A stretch of DNA of 64,000 nucleotides from Planctomycetota bacterium (GCA_044222185.1 JBGANV010000002.1:384001-448000), one strand, 5' to 3'. Positions 17,961 through 28,188 are shown, counted from the first letter of the stretch. The notes: generated by a model not told the origin, from the letters alone. Program-made: numbers and translations.

Positions 17961-18896
17961 ATGACCGAGAGGGATCAGAAGAAACTGGGGCGTGGGTTGA
18001 ACGCGTTGATTGGCACGACGAGCCGAACCCCACAACCTCCCCCGGCCGCGGCGACGCCAGCGACGACGACGCCCCCGGGCCGCGAGATTCCCATCGACCT
18101 CATTGACCCAAACCCGTGGCAACCTCGCCGCGAGTTTGCCCAGGCCGAGATTGACGAGCTCGCCGATTCGATTCGGGCGAATGGCCTGCTCCAGCCCATC
18201 CTCGTTCGGAAGACGGGCGTGCGCTTCCAGCTCGTGGCCGGTGAGCGGCGCCTGCGCGCCACGCGCCAGACCGGCGCCCAGTCCATCGCGGCGAACGTCA
18301 CCGAGGTGACCGATCGCCAGATGCTCGAATGGGCGATCGTCGAGAACCTCCAGCGGAAGGACCTGAACCCCATCGAGGCGGCCCTGGCGTTCAAGCGCCT
18401 GATGGAGGAGTTCGCGCTGACGCAGGAGCAGGTCTCCGCGCGCGTCGGGCAGAGCCGCCCCCATGTCGCGAACACGCTGCGCCTCCTCGAACTGCCGGGC
18501 GACATCCGTGAGATGGTTTCACGTGGAACATTGTCGGCGGGCGCCGGGCGTGCGTTGCTTGCCGTGCCGAACGCCGCCGAGCAACGCCGGCTGGCCGAGC
18601 AGGTTGCCGCGGGGAAGGCGACGGTGCGTGATGTCGAGGCCGCAGGCGCAAGGAAGAAGGATGTGCGGCCGTCCACGGCCTCGGCTCGCTCGGCGAACCT
18701 GAAGGTTGTCGCGCAGGAGCTGCAATCCCACCTGGGAACGAAGGTCGAGATCCTCGGAACGGCGACCCGCGGCCGCGTCATCCTCAGCTACTTCACAGGT
18801 GATGATCTGAACAAGATCTACGCCCTCCTGACGGCCAAGCGTCCGCGCGACGGCGAGCCAGCCGACGACGATCTGGACGCCGACCTGACGGTCTGA
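17961..18896 (+). CDS. parB: ParB/Spo0J chromosome partition protein
   Basis: LGRGLNALI, PNPWQPR, GLLQPILVR, VAGERRLRA, VENLQRKDLNPIE, HTH SRPHVANTLRLL. Confidence 0.97.
   Translation: MTERDQKKLGRGLNALIGTTSRTPQPPPAAATPATTTPPGREIPIDLIDPNPWQPRREFAQAEIDELADSIRANGLLQPILVRKTGVRFQLVAGERRLRATRQTGAQSIAANVTEVTDRQMLEWAIVENLQRKDLNPIEAALAFKRLMEEFALTQEQVSARVGQSRPHVANTLRLLELPGDIREMVSRGTLSAGAGRALLAVPNAAEQRRLAEQVAAGKATVRDVEAAGARKKDVRPSTASARSANLKVVAQELQSHLGTKVEILGTATRGRVILSYFTGDDLNKIYALLTAKRPRDGEPADDDLDADLTV
18515..18530. promoter_or_regulatory. parS: parS site inside parB
   Basis: GGTTTCACGTGGAACA, encoding VSRGT in the ParB frame. Confidence 0.88.
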
Positions 18897-19178
<282 letters not shown>

Positions 19179-19223
19179 TGACCGTGCGCTCGATGGCTCC
19201 GGTGGTTGGCGGTCGGGCGATGC

Positions 19224-19261
19224 AAAGAAAAACGGCCGCTTCGCATGGGCGAGGCGGCCGT
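19224..19261 (-). terminator. Rho-independent terminator of the cyclophilin-like gene
   Basis: Near-perfect stem ACGGCCGCTTCGC-ATGG-GCGAGGCGGCCGT with an A-tract on its left (U-tract on the minus strand), just past the stop at 19288. Confidence 0.8.
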
Positions 19262-19287
19262 CTCAAACTCGGACCGGCGCGTGGGTC

Positions 19288-20535
19288 CTATTTGCCGTCG
19301 GTCGGCTTCGATTCAGGCGTGACGGGCTTGGACTCAGGCACCTTGAACTCGCCTGCGGGGGGGAAGTCCGTGCCCGCCGGCGGGAAGTCGATGTCACCCT
19401 CGACCGTTACCGACTTCACCTTCACGAGCGCCTTCGGTCGGTCCTTGCGGAGGTCGTCCTCGGCCTGCGAGACAAGCTCGTCGATGACCTCAAGACCTTC
19501 CGTAACCTCTGCAAAGACAGAGCCTTGTGCATAGGTCGGCTCGTCCGAGTAGATGGTGAAACGGGAGGGGCTGTCGCCGCCCGTCGTGTAGTCCATCACC
19601 GACAGAACGCTCCCACGGCCGGCGGGGAGCATGTTCGGCTCCTCGCGGATGGAGTAGCCGACGTCATTCGTCTGCTGGCCGTCGTCGTCACGGTTCTCCG
19701 GAGTCGCCTTCGTCATGGGGTCGCCACCCGTGATGCCCAGGTTCGTGGTCTTCGGCTGCTGCATCATCGTCGAGGCGTCGGTCTTCTTCATGCCCTTCAC
19801 GAACGCGTGGAACGCCGTCCCCTCGAAGTACTTCTTGTCCCGAGCAAGCCAGACGAAGCTCTTCACGTGATAGGGCGCGACCTTGCTCCAGAACTTGCCG
19901 ATCACGAACTTCTTGCCGTTCTCCAGCTCGAAGGTGACCTTGAGGTTCTTGTCTGGTTGGACGGCGCCAACGAAGGGATGCGCCTTCAACCAGTCGACCT
20001 GACGCTGGGCGTTCTCCTTCACCTGGGCGACGAGTGACTGCCCGGCAGCTTGGGCGCCGTTGGCGGGCCGGGTGACCATCTTGGCCCAGAAGGAATTCGG
20101 GTACTTGCTTTCGAGCTGCGAGCAGGTGTCAACGGCCTTCTGGTAGTTGGCGAGCTTTTCTTCCTGCGTCTTGGCGTCGTCCGCGAGCTCCTTGAACGTC
20201 GTTGCGAGTTCGAACAACCGCGATGCATCGGCGGGGGAACCGGCGAGCTGCGCGCCCAGATCCTCGAGCTGTGCGGCGCGTTGCTTCGCGGGGACGTCCG
20301 AGTCGGTCGCCTTCTGCCATGCGAGCGCCACGTCGTCCTGCTTCGACGCGTTCATCGCGGAGAAGATCTTCCAACCGATGAGGGGGATCGCGGCGATGAC
20401 GGCGATGATCGTCACCGCCTTCACGTAGTACTGCGGCCGACGATGAATGTCGTCGACCGTCCGCTCCCAGAACGAACCGACGACCTTGTCAGCGGCCACA
20501 GCAGTGGCGGCCGGAGCCTGTGAGGATTCACTCAT
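19288..20535 (-). CDS. Membrane-anchored helical/TPR-like protein fused to a cyclophilin-type PPIase domain
   Basis: N-terminal TM helix and helical repeat region; then APYHVKSFVWLA, YFEGTAFH, TGGDP, FAEVTEGLEVID, RP. Confidence 0.8.
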   Translation of the reverse strand: MSESSQAPAATAVAADKVVGSFWERTVDDIHRRPQYYVKAVTIIAVIAAIPLIGWKIFSAMNASKQDDVALAWQKATDSDVPAKQRAAQLEDLGAQLAGSPADASRLFELATTFKELADDAKTQEEKLANYQKAVDTCSQLESKYPNSFWAKMVTRPANGAQAAGQSLVAQVKENAQRQVDWLKAHPFVGAVQPDKNLKVTFELENGKKFVIGKFWSKVAPYHVKSFVWLARDKKYFEGTAFHAFVKGMKKTDASTMMQQPKTTNLGITGGDPMTKATPENRDDDGQQTNDVGYSIREEPNMLPAGRGSVLSVMDYTTGGDSPSRFTIYSDEPTYAQGSVFAEVTEGLEVIDELVSQAEDDLRKDRPKALVKVKSVTVEGDIDFPPAGTDFPPAGEFKVPESKPVTPESKPTDGK

Positions 20536-20546
20536 GTTTCACTCGA

Positions 20547-21005
20547 TCAATCGACGTTGAGTTTGATCAGGGCTGCAGTCCCGCGATTGTCTCTTTTCAC
20601 GGTGATTTCGCAGCGTTCCGAGTCTTTCTGATACGTGAGGACGTGAGTCTCGTCTTCGGTCCGCTCAGCGGATTGCGCCCACCCGAAGGGCCGCTGAGTC
20701 ATCGTGTCCCGGTAGAAGCTCACGACCTCCTCGATCCCGAGATCTGCGGTCCAGTACGTCAGCCGCGCCAAACGGACTCCGCCTCGATAGAAGCTGAACG
20801 AATCGTTGTGACGCGTGACGAGTTGCATCTTCTCGGGAACAGGTATGTCGACGAACTGATTGCGCTGGAGCTCGGACGACCGCGACTCTTCGTTGCGGAG
20901 TCTGACCCCAGTCGACGTGCTGCCTTCACGGTCGACGTTGTGACATCCGCCCGCGAGAAGGCAGATCGAACCGAGAACCAAAGCGCCGAAAGCGCGACAC
21001 CGCAT
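20547..21005 (-). CDS. Hypothetical lipoprotein
   Basis: Signal peptide with lipobox-like LAGGC; GGAG SD; co-oriented and 12 bp from the next gene. Confidence 0.7.
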   Translation of the reverse strand: MRCRAFGALVLGSICLLAGGCHNVDREGSTSTGVRLRNEESRSSELQRNQFVDIPVPEKMQLVTRHNDSFSFYRGGVRLARLTYWTADLGIEEVVSFYRDTMTQRPFGWAQSAERTEDETHVLTYQKDSERCEITVKRDNRGTAALIKLNVD

Positions 21006-21214
21006 GACGGCTCCGTCCAAAAAGGGGTGAGATTCTACGGAGCGTGCGGCGATCTAAAAGCAGCCGGATCATAAATCTCCCGGCGTGGGCCGGGTCTCGT
21101 GTGGCCTGCCGGACCCGAGTCCCCGCGCAGGCCGAGCCTCCCGTATAGAATGCCGCGATCGAAGTGCGCCCCACGGGGACCCTGTTCGATCCGGTCCCGC
21201 GCGGGAGTCACGGC

Positions 21215-21808
21215 ATGCTGAACGAGCCCACACTGGTCCTGAACCGCTCCTGGGTAGCCATCACGACGACGTCCGTCCGTCAGGCCGTGACCCTCGTGTG
21301 TCGCGGAGCCGCAAAGTTCATCGAGCCGCAGACCTGCAAGGCCCACGACTTCGAATCCTGGTCCGATCTGGCGGTTTCGGCGAACGAGCCCCAGCTCCGC
21401 ACGGTCCGGCTCCGGATCCGCCTGCCCGAGGTGATCGTCCTCACGCAGAGCGACTGCATGCCCCGACGGACGGTGCCGTTCTCGCGCCGCAACCTCTACA
21501 GGCGCGACAGCTACCGGTGTCAGTACTGCGGGAAGCACCGTCCGACGTGCGAACTGAGCATCGACCACGTGATCCCCCGGAGCCGAGGCGGCAAGACCAC
21601 CTGGGAGAACTGCGTGCTTTCGTGCATCCCGTGCAACGTGCGCAAGGGCAACCGTCCCATGGAAGAAGCCTCCATGTCGCTCGTGTCGCAGCCCTCGCGC
21701 CCGCGGTGGAGTCCCTACCTCGCGGTGACGACGGCCAACCGCCGCGCGTCATGGGCGCAGTTCGTGAGCGAGCAGTACTGGAACGTGGAACTCGACCACG
21801 ACGAATGA
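21215..21808 (+). CDS. HNH endonuclease (McrA-like)
   Basis: TLVLNRSW, FSRRNLYRRDSYRCQYCG, SIDHVIPRSRGGKTTWENCVLSCIPCNVRKGN. Confidence 0.92.
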   Translation: MLNEPTLVLNRSWVAITTTSVRQAVTLVCRGAAKFIEPQTCKAHDFESWSDLAVSANEPQLRTVRLRIRLPEVIVLTQSDCMPRRTVPFSRRNLYRRDSYRCQYCGKHRPTCELSIDHVIPRSRGGKTTWENCVLSCIPCNVRKGNRPMEEASMSLVSQPSRPRWSPYLAVTTANRRASWAQFVSEQYWNVELDHDE

Positions 21809-21819
21809 GCGGACCAAGG

Positions 21820-22542
21820 CTACGGCGCGCCCGGCCGCAATCGCTCCCAGAACGCCACGTGGGCCGCTGAAACCGCCGGAATCGCGCGGTCGACGACCTT
21901 TCGGATCGTTTCCCCCAGGGCTTCCGCGGCGGCACCCTCCAGGCCCTCGACGGCGGCCACCACCTTCGACGAGCTGTCCTCGAACGTCTCGTCGAGGAAC
22001 TGTCGCCCGTCCCGGTCGACGACCGTGAGCCGGAGCTTCACCGTCGCCTCGACGCTCGAGGCAGGAATCACCGGAATGAGAGAGGGGAGGCCCTCGACGT
22101 AACTGGCGCCGGCCCGCTCGAGTGTGACGTCGATGCGGAACTGCTGATCCCGCTCGTAGAGGCCGCAGGGCGAGAAGAGCCCCGCCAGGCGCACGTCGCG
22201 CGCGAGGATCGAGAGAATGGACTCCGCGACCGGAACCCGAAAGCGCTGATCGAGAACGTTGGACTCGCCGAGGTACGAAGCCTTGCCGTAGTCCGAGTAC
22301 GGGCGGCGGTCCTGCTTCAGGCGCACCCAGCAGCTTCCGAGCGGCTTCTCTGCCGGCAAGCGCACGCCCGTCGGAGCGCAGTAGTCGTTGACGAGATCCA
22401 TGGACGACGACGAACAGCCCGCGGAAAGCGCGATCGACACGAGGAGGCCCGCCGCCACCAGAAAGGTCCGCCGCCGAGAGCGTCCGCGAGCGGCGACCTC
22501 GTCCTTCGGTTCATGCCAACCCGGCGACACGACTGTAAGCAT
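21820..22542 (-). CDS. Hypothetical lipoprotein
   Basis: RRR followed by a hydrophobic stretch and LSAGC lipobox. Start uncertain. Confidence 0.65.
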   Translation of the reverse strand: MLTVVSPGWHEPKDEVAARGRSRRRTFLVAAGLLVSIALSAGCSSSSMDLVNDYCAPTGVRLPAEKPLGSCWVRLKQDRRPYSDYGKASYLGESNVLDQRFRVPVAESILSILARDVRLAGLFSPCGLYERDQQFRIDVTLERAGASYVEGLPSLIPVIPASSVEATVKLRLTVVDRDGRQFLDETFEDSSSKVVAAVEGLEGAAAEALGETIRKVVDRAIPAVSAAHVAFWERLRPGAP

Positions 22543-22791
22543 TGCGTTACATCCAACGGCGTGGAATGTGGGCGCGAAACTGCGGCGAAGGCACCCACGC
22601 AGGCACCCTTTCGCCCTGCGACCGCGTTCCCGGCGCGCAGCCCCACGACACCTTGACGCACCCGACGGCGTTCGGCCACACTGGCCCGATCATTGCACAC
22701 TTGCATGCAAGGTGAAGTCCCCACGGCCCGGCAATTCCTCCCCGCCGGCCTCACCCTTCAACAACCCCACCCGCTCTCGGAGACGTAGCAG

Positions 22792-25700
22792 ATGCGAAGT
22801 ATGACGACCGCCGCCTGGTGTGTCGTTCTTGCGACGGCGTTGCCGCTGTTCGCACAGAACAAGGACGATGGACGCACGATCGGACACTGGGGCGACCACC
22901 TGGGTCCCCAGGCACCGGATCGCCCTGCCATCGGACTCGATTGGGAGGCGCAACGCTCCATCGCAGCGAACCACGCTCGATGGACGGAATGGGCAGCGAA
23001 CAACCCGGGATGGGTCATGCTCTTCGACCCGCGCACGCGCATGCCGTGGCGCGGCTACGGCCCCGGAATCCAGGTCACCGCATCGAACCCCTCTCACGCC
23101 GACGTCGTCGCCGCTGCTCTTCAGTTGCGCGAGACGCTCTCACCCGTGATCGGCGTCGAGGCTTCGGATCAACTCTTCGTGACGGCGCAGCGCGCTGGCC
23201 ACGTGTGGTACGTCGACTTCAACCAGACGATCACGGGGCACCGCGTCGTCGACGCCGGCCTGACGCTGCGCATCGACGAGTCGGGCAAGCTGATGATGTG
23301 GGGCGGTCGCTTCGTCCCGACGGCTTCAGTCGCGCTCCGCGAGACGTTCACGCGTGATGAAGCGCGCGCGAAGACCCTCACGTTCCTTTGGGGGCAAGGC
23401 TATGCGACATCGTCGACGCAGCTGCGCGAGCAGCGGACGGAACTCGTCGTCCACGTCTCCGAGACGACGGCGGACGTGACCCCGCGCCTCGCGTGGTTCA
23501 TGCAGTTCTCGTCGGACGCACCGGCCGCGGCGTGGAACGTCTTCATCGACGCGACGACCGGGGAGGTGATCACCCACTGGAACGACGTGCGCGAGTTCGG
23601 CCACGACGGGCCCGCCGGCCCGGCGACTCCGTTCGAGGCACTGTTCGCCCTGGCAACGCTGAACGGCGTGTCGAACGGAACGGTGCACGACGGCGTTCTT
23701 CCGGACCAGGCACCGGTGCTGCGCAACCTGCCCAACATGTACATCAACATCAACGGCACGAACGTCCCGACGGATGCGGCGGGCGCGTACACCTTCAATG
23801 GTGGCGGCGCCACCGTGCCCGTGACGTCAGGCCTCGATGGTCAGTACATCACCACGGTGAACACGGGCACGCAGGCCGCGTTCAACGGCAACGCAGCGTC
23901 CGGAACGTTCGACGTGGTCTGGACGGACACGAACTCGAACGTCGCGGAGCGCGACGGCTTCTTCTTCGGCACACGCGCGCGGAACGTCCTGAAGCTGCGC
24001 AACCCTGCGGAGACGCTCTTCAACAACGCGATCGTCTGCAACGTCAACCTGAATCAGACGTGCAACGCCTTCTATCAGCCCTCGAATCAGACGATCAACT
24101 TCTTCCTCGCTGGCGGCGGCTGCATCAACACGGCGTACTCCGGGTCGGTCGTCTACCACGAGTACGGGCACCACGTCACGACGATCGTCTACGGCTCCCA
24201 CAGTCGCTCGATCCCGGGATACATGGGTGAAGGCCTCTCGGACTGCCAGGCGGCCGCGGTGGAAGACACCAACATCATCGGCGCGGGCTTCCAGGGGCCG
24301 GGCACGATGGTCCGCAACCTGAACAACACGTGCCAGTATCCGACGTCATGCGGCACCGAGGTCCACGCCCGTGGCCAGCTGATCGGGGCTTGCTTCTGGC
24401 ACACGCGTGTCCAGTTCGCGAACGCGTTCGGTGCGGCAGGGAAGGTGCAGATCGACGAGTACCTGTATCGGCACTTCCACGGCTCGCCGCAGGATGAAGT
24501 CGAGTCGTGCCTCGACCTCCTCGTCCAAGACGACAACGACGCCAACCTCGTGAACGGAACTCCGAACGTGCTGAAGTTCTACCAGGGCTTCACGGTCCAG
24601 CATGGCGTGCCGTTCCCGATCGCGCTCGTCGCGATCACGCATGATCCGCTGAACGACACGCTCGACCAGCTGCAGAACTATCAGGTTCATGCAACGGCCG
24701 CGTCGCTCGTCGGGTCGAGCGTGACGAGCGTTCAGCTCTTCTACTCGGTGAACAACGCCGCGTTCGTGAGCGTGCCGATGACGTTCGGCGGGGCCGACTA
24801 CGCGGGCTCGATCCCGGTTCAGGCCGCCGCCTCGAGCATCCGCTACTACATCCGCGTGCAGGACTCGGGCGGCTTGATCTCGTTCCTGCCGGCGGGCGCG
24901 CCGGCCGCGGCGTACACGTTCCGCAACTTCCGTTCGGCGACGTTCTTCTCGGATGGTTTCGAGGTGGCGTCCGGCTGGACGCACGCGTTGGTTCTCGGCC
25001 AGGACGACTGGCAGAACCAGGCACCGGGCAGCGCGACCCACGCCTATGACCCGCACACCGCGTTCGAAGGAACGAAGTGCTGGGGCAACGATCTGTCGGC
25101 GGCTGGGTTCAACGGCAACTACGCCAACAACGTGAACAACAACCTCACGTCGCCGGCGATCAACTGCACGGGCCGCGTCGGTGTGACGCTCGTCTATCGC
25201 CGATGGCTGACGGTCGAGGACGGCCTCTTCGATCACGCGCGGATCCTCGTGAGCAACAACGGCACGACGTACACGACGGTCTGGGAGAACCCGGCGACGG
25301 CCGCGGGCAACGTGAACTTCCTCGACACGAGCTGGGTGCTGCACTCGGTCCCGATCGGGGCGATCGCCGACAACCAGGCCAACGTCCGGATCCGCTTCGA
25401 ACTCGTCACCGATGCGGGCCTCGTGTTCGGCGGATGGAACGTCGACGACTTGCGCCTGGAGTCGAGCGCTGGTGCGACCGGCGTCCCGCTGACGCGCCTC
25501 GGCGGTCTGACGCCGGGCAGCAGTGCGACGGTGCGAACCAACGGCAACCCGGGGGAAGCGATCTTCCTGGCAGCGGACGTGGCGACGAGCGGAACGTTCT
25601 ACCCGGGCGTCGGCACGCTCTCGATGAACGTGGCCTCGCCGACGTTCCTGCCCATCTACCTCGGAGGCGTGACGATCGGCGGCGGTGGCTTCGACGACCT

Positions 25701-25818
25701 GACCTTCACGGTCCCGAATGCCAGCGGCATCACGGTCTTCTTCCAGGGCGTTCTGTTCCCGCCGTCCGCGCCCACGGATCCGGTGATCACGAACGTTCTG
25801 CTCTTCCCGATCCAGTGA
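22792..25818 (+). CDS. Secreted multidomain zinc metallopeptidase (M36/M4-like) with propeptide and beta-sandwich C-terminal domains
   Basis: Signal peptide; FTP/PepSY-like propeptide (FIDATTGEVI); CNAFY, YHEYGHH, MGEGLSD, EVHARG; C-terminal RIRF...GGWNVDDL jelly-roll domain. Confidence 0.85.
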   Translation: MRSMTTAAWCVVLATALPLFAQNKDDGRTIGHWGDHLGPQAPDRPAIGLDWEAQRSIAANHARWTEWAANNPGWVMLFDPRTRMPWRGYGPGIQVTASNPSHADVVAAALQLRETLSPVIGVEASDQLFVTAQRAGHVWYVDFNQTITGHRVVDAGLTLRIDESGKLMMWGGRFVPTASVALRETFTRDEARAKTLTFLWGQGYATSSTQLREQRTELVVHVSETTADVTPRLAWFMQFSSDAPAAAWNVFIDATTGEVITHWNDVREFGHDGPAGPATPFEALFALATLNGVSNGTVHDGVLPDQAPVLRNLPNMYININGTNVPTDAAGAYTFNGGGATVPVTSGLDGQYITTVNTGTQAAFNGNAASGTFDVVWTDTNSNVAERDGFFFGTRARNVLKLRNPAETLFNNAIVCNVNLNQTCNAFYQPSNQTINFFLAGGGCINTAYSGSVVYHEYGHHVTTIVYGSHSRSIPGYMGEGLSDCQAAAVEDTNIIGAGFQGPGTMVRNLNNTCQYPTSCGTEVHARGQLIGACFWHTRVQFANAFGAAGKVQIDEYLYRHFHGSPQDEVESCLDLLVQDDNDANLVNGTPNVLKFYQGFTVQHGVPFPIALVAITHDPLNDTLDQLQNYQVHATAASLVGSSVTSVQLFYSVNNAAFVSVPMTFGGADYAGSIPVQAAASSIRYYIRVQDSGGLISFLPAGAPAAAYTFRNFRSATFFSDGFEVASGWTHALVLGQDDWQNQAPGSATHAYDPHTAFEGTKCWGNDLSAAGFNGNYANNVNNNLTSPAINCTGRVGVTLVYRRWLTVEDGLFDHARILVSNNGTTYTTVWENPATAAGNVNFLDTSWVLHSVPIGAIADNQANVRIRFELVTDAGLVFGGWNVDDLRLESSAGATGVPLTRLGGLTPGSSATVRTNGNPGEAIFLAADVATSGTFYPGVGTLSMNVASPTFLPIYLGGVTIGGGGFDDLTFTVPNASGITVFFQGVLFPPSAPTDPVITNVLLFPIQ

Positions 25819-25914
25819 TCTGAAGACTCATGGTTCCGGCCGCGCGACATGCGCGGCCGGATACCGGTTTGCCGCCAGTACGCTCTGCGCGCATCGCGTG
25901 TCACACTGGCGTCC

Positions 25915-28188
25915 ATGAGTTCAGACGTCGACGTGCCGCCACGAAACCCGCGCCGCCGAACGGTCGCGCTCGTGGTGGCCTGCACGACGCTCGTTCACGC
26001 CTGGATCCTCGGGCTCGAGTTCCAGCTCGACGACTACTCGATCCTCACGCACGCCGCCCAGGCGCTCGGCGTTCCGGGAGTCCCGCAAGTCGACGTACTG
26101 GATTCCATCCGCGGCGGCTACCTCTTTCGCCCCGCGTCCTGGGCTATCTGGTTGGCTGCATTGCGTGCGAGCGGTGGGCATGCCGATCCGCGCGTGTTCC
26201 ACGCCGTGGTGCTCGTCACCCACGCACTCTCGGTCTGGCTGCTCTACCGGCTGATGAAACCTGCGACGTCCGGCCGAGCCGCGCTGGTGGGCGGCGCGAT
26301 CTTCGGGCTCGCGCCAGGCGGCGTCCAGGCCTTGAGTTGGACAGCCGGGAACGGGGATCAGTTCGCCGTGCTCTTTGCCATCGCCGCCGGACTGTTCCTG
26401 CGCCGGTACCGGCGGCAGGGCGGCGCGATTGCGATCACTGGCATCGCGGTGTGCACCATGCTCGCCGTGCTCGCCAAGGAGAGCGCCATCGCGCTCGCAC
26501 CCCTCGTCCTCTTGTGTTGGTGGACGGATCGCACACCCGTGCCAGCCTCACGACTCGTGAAGCCAGTCGTCGCCGCAACGGTTGCCGTCGTTCTGACGTT
26601 CGTCATCCGGTTTGCAGCGATGCACAGACTGCTCCCGCGGTACGCGTTCGACGCGCAGATGGACGCATCGCGCGTCGCGATCGCGTGGATACCGTTCGCG
26701 CAGTGGCTGCTCCCATGGAATCAGCACCCCGAGACCGCGGAGCTGGCGCCGGTGTTGATGCGCATCGCGGAGAGGCTCTTGGGGAGTGATGCATGGACGG
26801 TGTCGCTCTGGATCCCGGGAGTCTGCCTCACCACACCGATCGTGCTTGCGTGTGCGTTCGCGAGAAAGCGACTGCCGGCCGCGATGCTCGCGCTCGTCAT
26901 CGGAGTGGTGATTGCGTTGCTCCCGGCGATCGCCATCTGGTGGCAGGGCCCCAGCGCCGACAACTCGCAATCGCGCCTGCTGTATCCGATCGGGACCGTC
27001 GCGGGAGTGGCGTTGGCGATGGCGTACCACGCACTTTCGACGCACCCGCGGTCGCACCACATCGCCACGATTGCGACCGTGCTGCTGATCGCGATCGGGC
27101 TCGACTGCGAAGTGTCGATCGCGCGAGCGGAACTGCGGGCGGCGACCATGATTCGGGATCGCGTCGACTCGCTCCGCTCCTTCGCGGCGCAAACGGCGCC
27201 CGATGCGGGCTTCGTCGCGGTCGACGGGCAGGCCGGTTGGTGTGGGATCTCGCTGCTCGGTGTCGGAGCCGGGCGCGGCCTCGGCCCGCCGTTCTGGCAT
27301 GGAACCCAGGCCGTCTACCCCTGGAGCTCCAGGTCCGACCTGAAGTCCTGCGAGGCGCTGTCGACGCACCCCGGTCCCGTGTGGATCCTCGAAGTGCGAA
27401 GCGGTCGGTTCACGCGGGTTGGGGAGGCGATCGACGCTGGTCCGTCTCGCAGACCCGTTCTCCAGCCCGCTGGGCCAGGTCGTTTCACATCGGACCCGCC
27501 AGTCACATCGCGTGTCGTTGCCGTCCTCCGCGTCACGGGCCGCCCGCGCGATCCGGCGTCCCCGCTGGTTTGCACCTGGAAGACCGAGCGTCGCGAATTC
27601 CGCACGCCGCTCTCACTCGCGCTGGACGGCGATGACACGGTGTACATCGCCGCGTCCCCGGAGAATGCCGACCCGGGCGACCTCACCTGGCTCATGGCTG
27701 GCCGTGTGATCGGAATCGACATCTCGAATTTCGAGACCGACGGACCGCCGCGTCTCCTGGAAGCTGCGCCGCCGATCGAGATCGTGTCGCCCCGGCCCGG
27801 CTCCCAGGTGGAGGCCTGGTCGACCCCGACGGTCCATTTTCGGTCCGCATTGCGAACGGCGCTGTTCCGGTTCACGTTCACGGTGCTCCTCGACGAGGCG
27901 ACGAAGGTTTCCATGGCCTACCTGGTGCCGAGCCAGGATCTGCCACCTGATCCCGGCGGCGTGATGCGGTTTTCCCCGGCCCCGGGAATGAAGATGGAGT
28001 GGCCGGACGGCGCCTCTCACGTCAGCTGGCAGGACGCCGGCCGGCTTTTCGACGTGATGTTCGAACGTCACGGAATGCATGAGGTGAAGATGTCTTTGTC
28101 GATCGAGGGACAAGGCTCCGAAGGAGCGAATACACTGTGCCGATCGAAGCCGTGCAACCTGACGCTCGTTCGGGGGCGAGGGCCGTGA
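25915..28188 (+). CDS. Polytopic membrane protein, GT-C (TMTC/PMT-like) glycosyltransferase candidate
   Basis: FQLDDY, YLFRP, FH...H, VQALSW..G.GDQ, AKES, SRLLYP; large C-terminal soluble domain. Confidence 0.72.
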   Translation: MSSDVDVPPRNPRRRTVALVVACTTLVHAWILGLEFQLDDYSILTHAAQALGVPGVPQVDVLDSIRGGYLFRPASWAIWLAALRASGGHADPRVFHAVVLVTHALSVWLLYRLMKPATSGRAALVGGAIFGLAPGGVQALSWTAGNGDQFAVLFAIAAGLFLRRYRRQGGAIAITGIAVCTMLAVLAKESAIALAPLVLLCWWTDRTPVPASRLVKPVVAATVAVVLTFVIRFAAMHRLLPRYAFDAQMDASRVAIAWIPFAQWLLPWNQHPETAELAPVLMRIAERLLGSDAWTVSLWIPGVCLTTPIVLACAFARKRLPAAMLALVIGVVIALLPAIAIWWQGPSADNSQSRLLYPIGTVAGVALAMAYHALSTHPRSHHIATIATVLLIAIGLDCEVSIARAELRAATMIRDRVDSLRSFAAQTAPDAGFVAVDGQAGWCGISLLGVGAGRGLGPPFWHGTQAVYPWSSRSDLKSCEALSTHPGPVWILEVRSGRFTRVGEAIDAGPSRRPVLQPAGPGRFTSDPPVTSRVVAVLRVTGRPRDPASPLVCTWKTERREFRTPLSLALDGDDTVYIAASPENADPGDLTWLMAGRVIGIDISNFETDGPPRLLEAAPPIEIVSPRPGSQVEAWSTPTVHFRSALRTALFRFTFTVLLDEATKVSMAYLVPSQDLPPDPGGVMRFSPAPGMKMEWPDGASHVSWQDAGRLFDVMFERHGMHEVKMSLSIEGQGSEGANTLCRSKPCNLTLVRGRGP

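Noticed and set aside
21215-21808. HNH gene as part of a defence system or mobile element
   Set aside because: Stand-alone McrA-like HNH with no adjacent methylase, ATPase, intron or terminal repeats.
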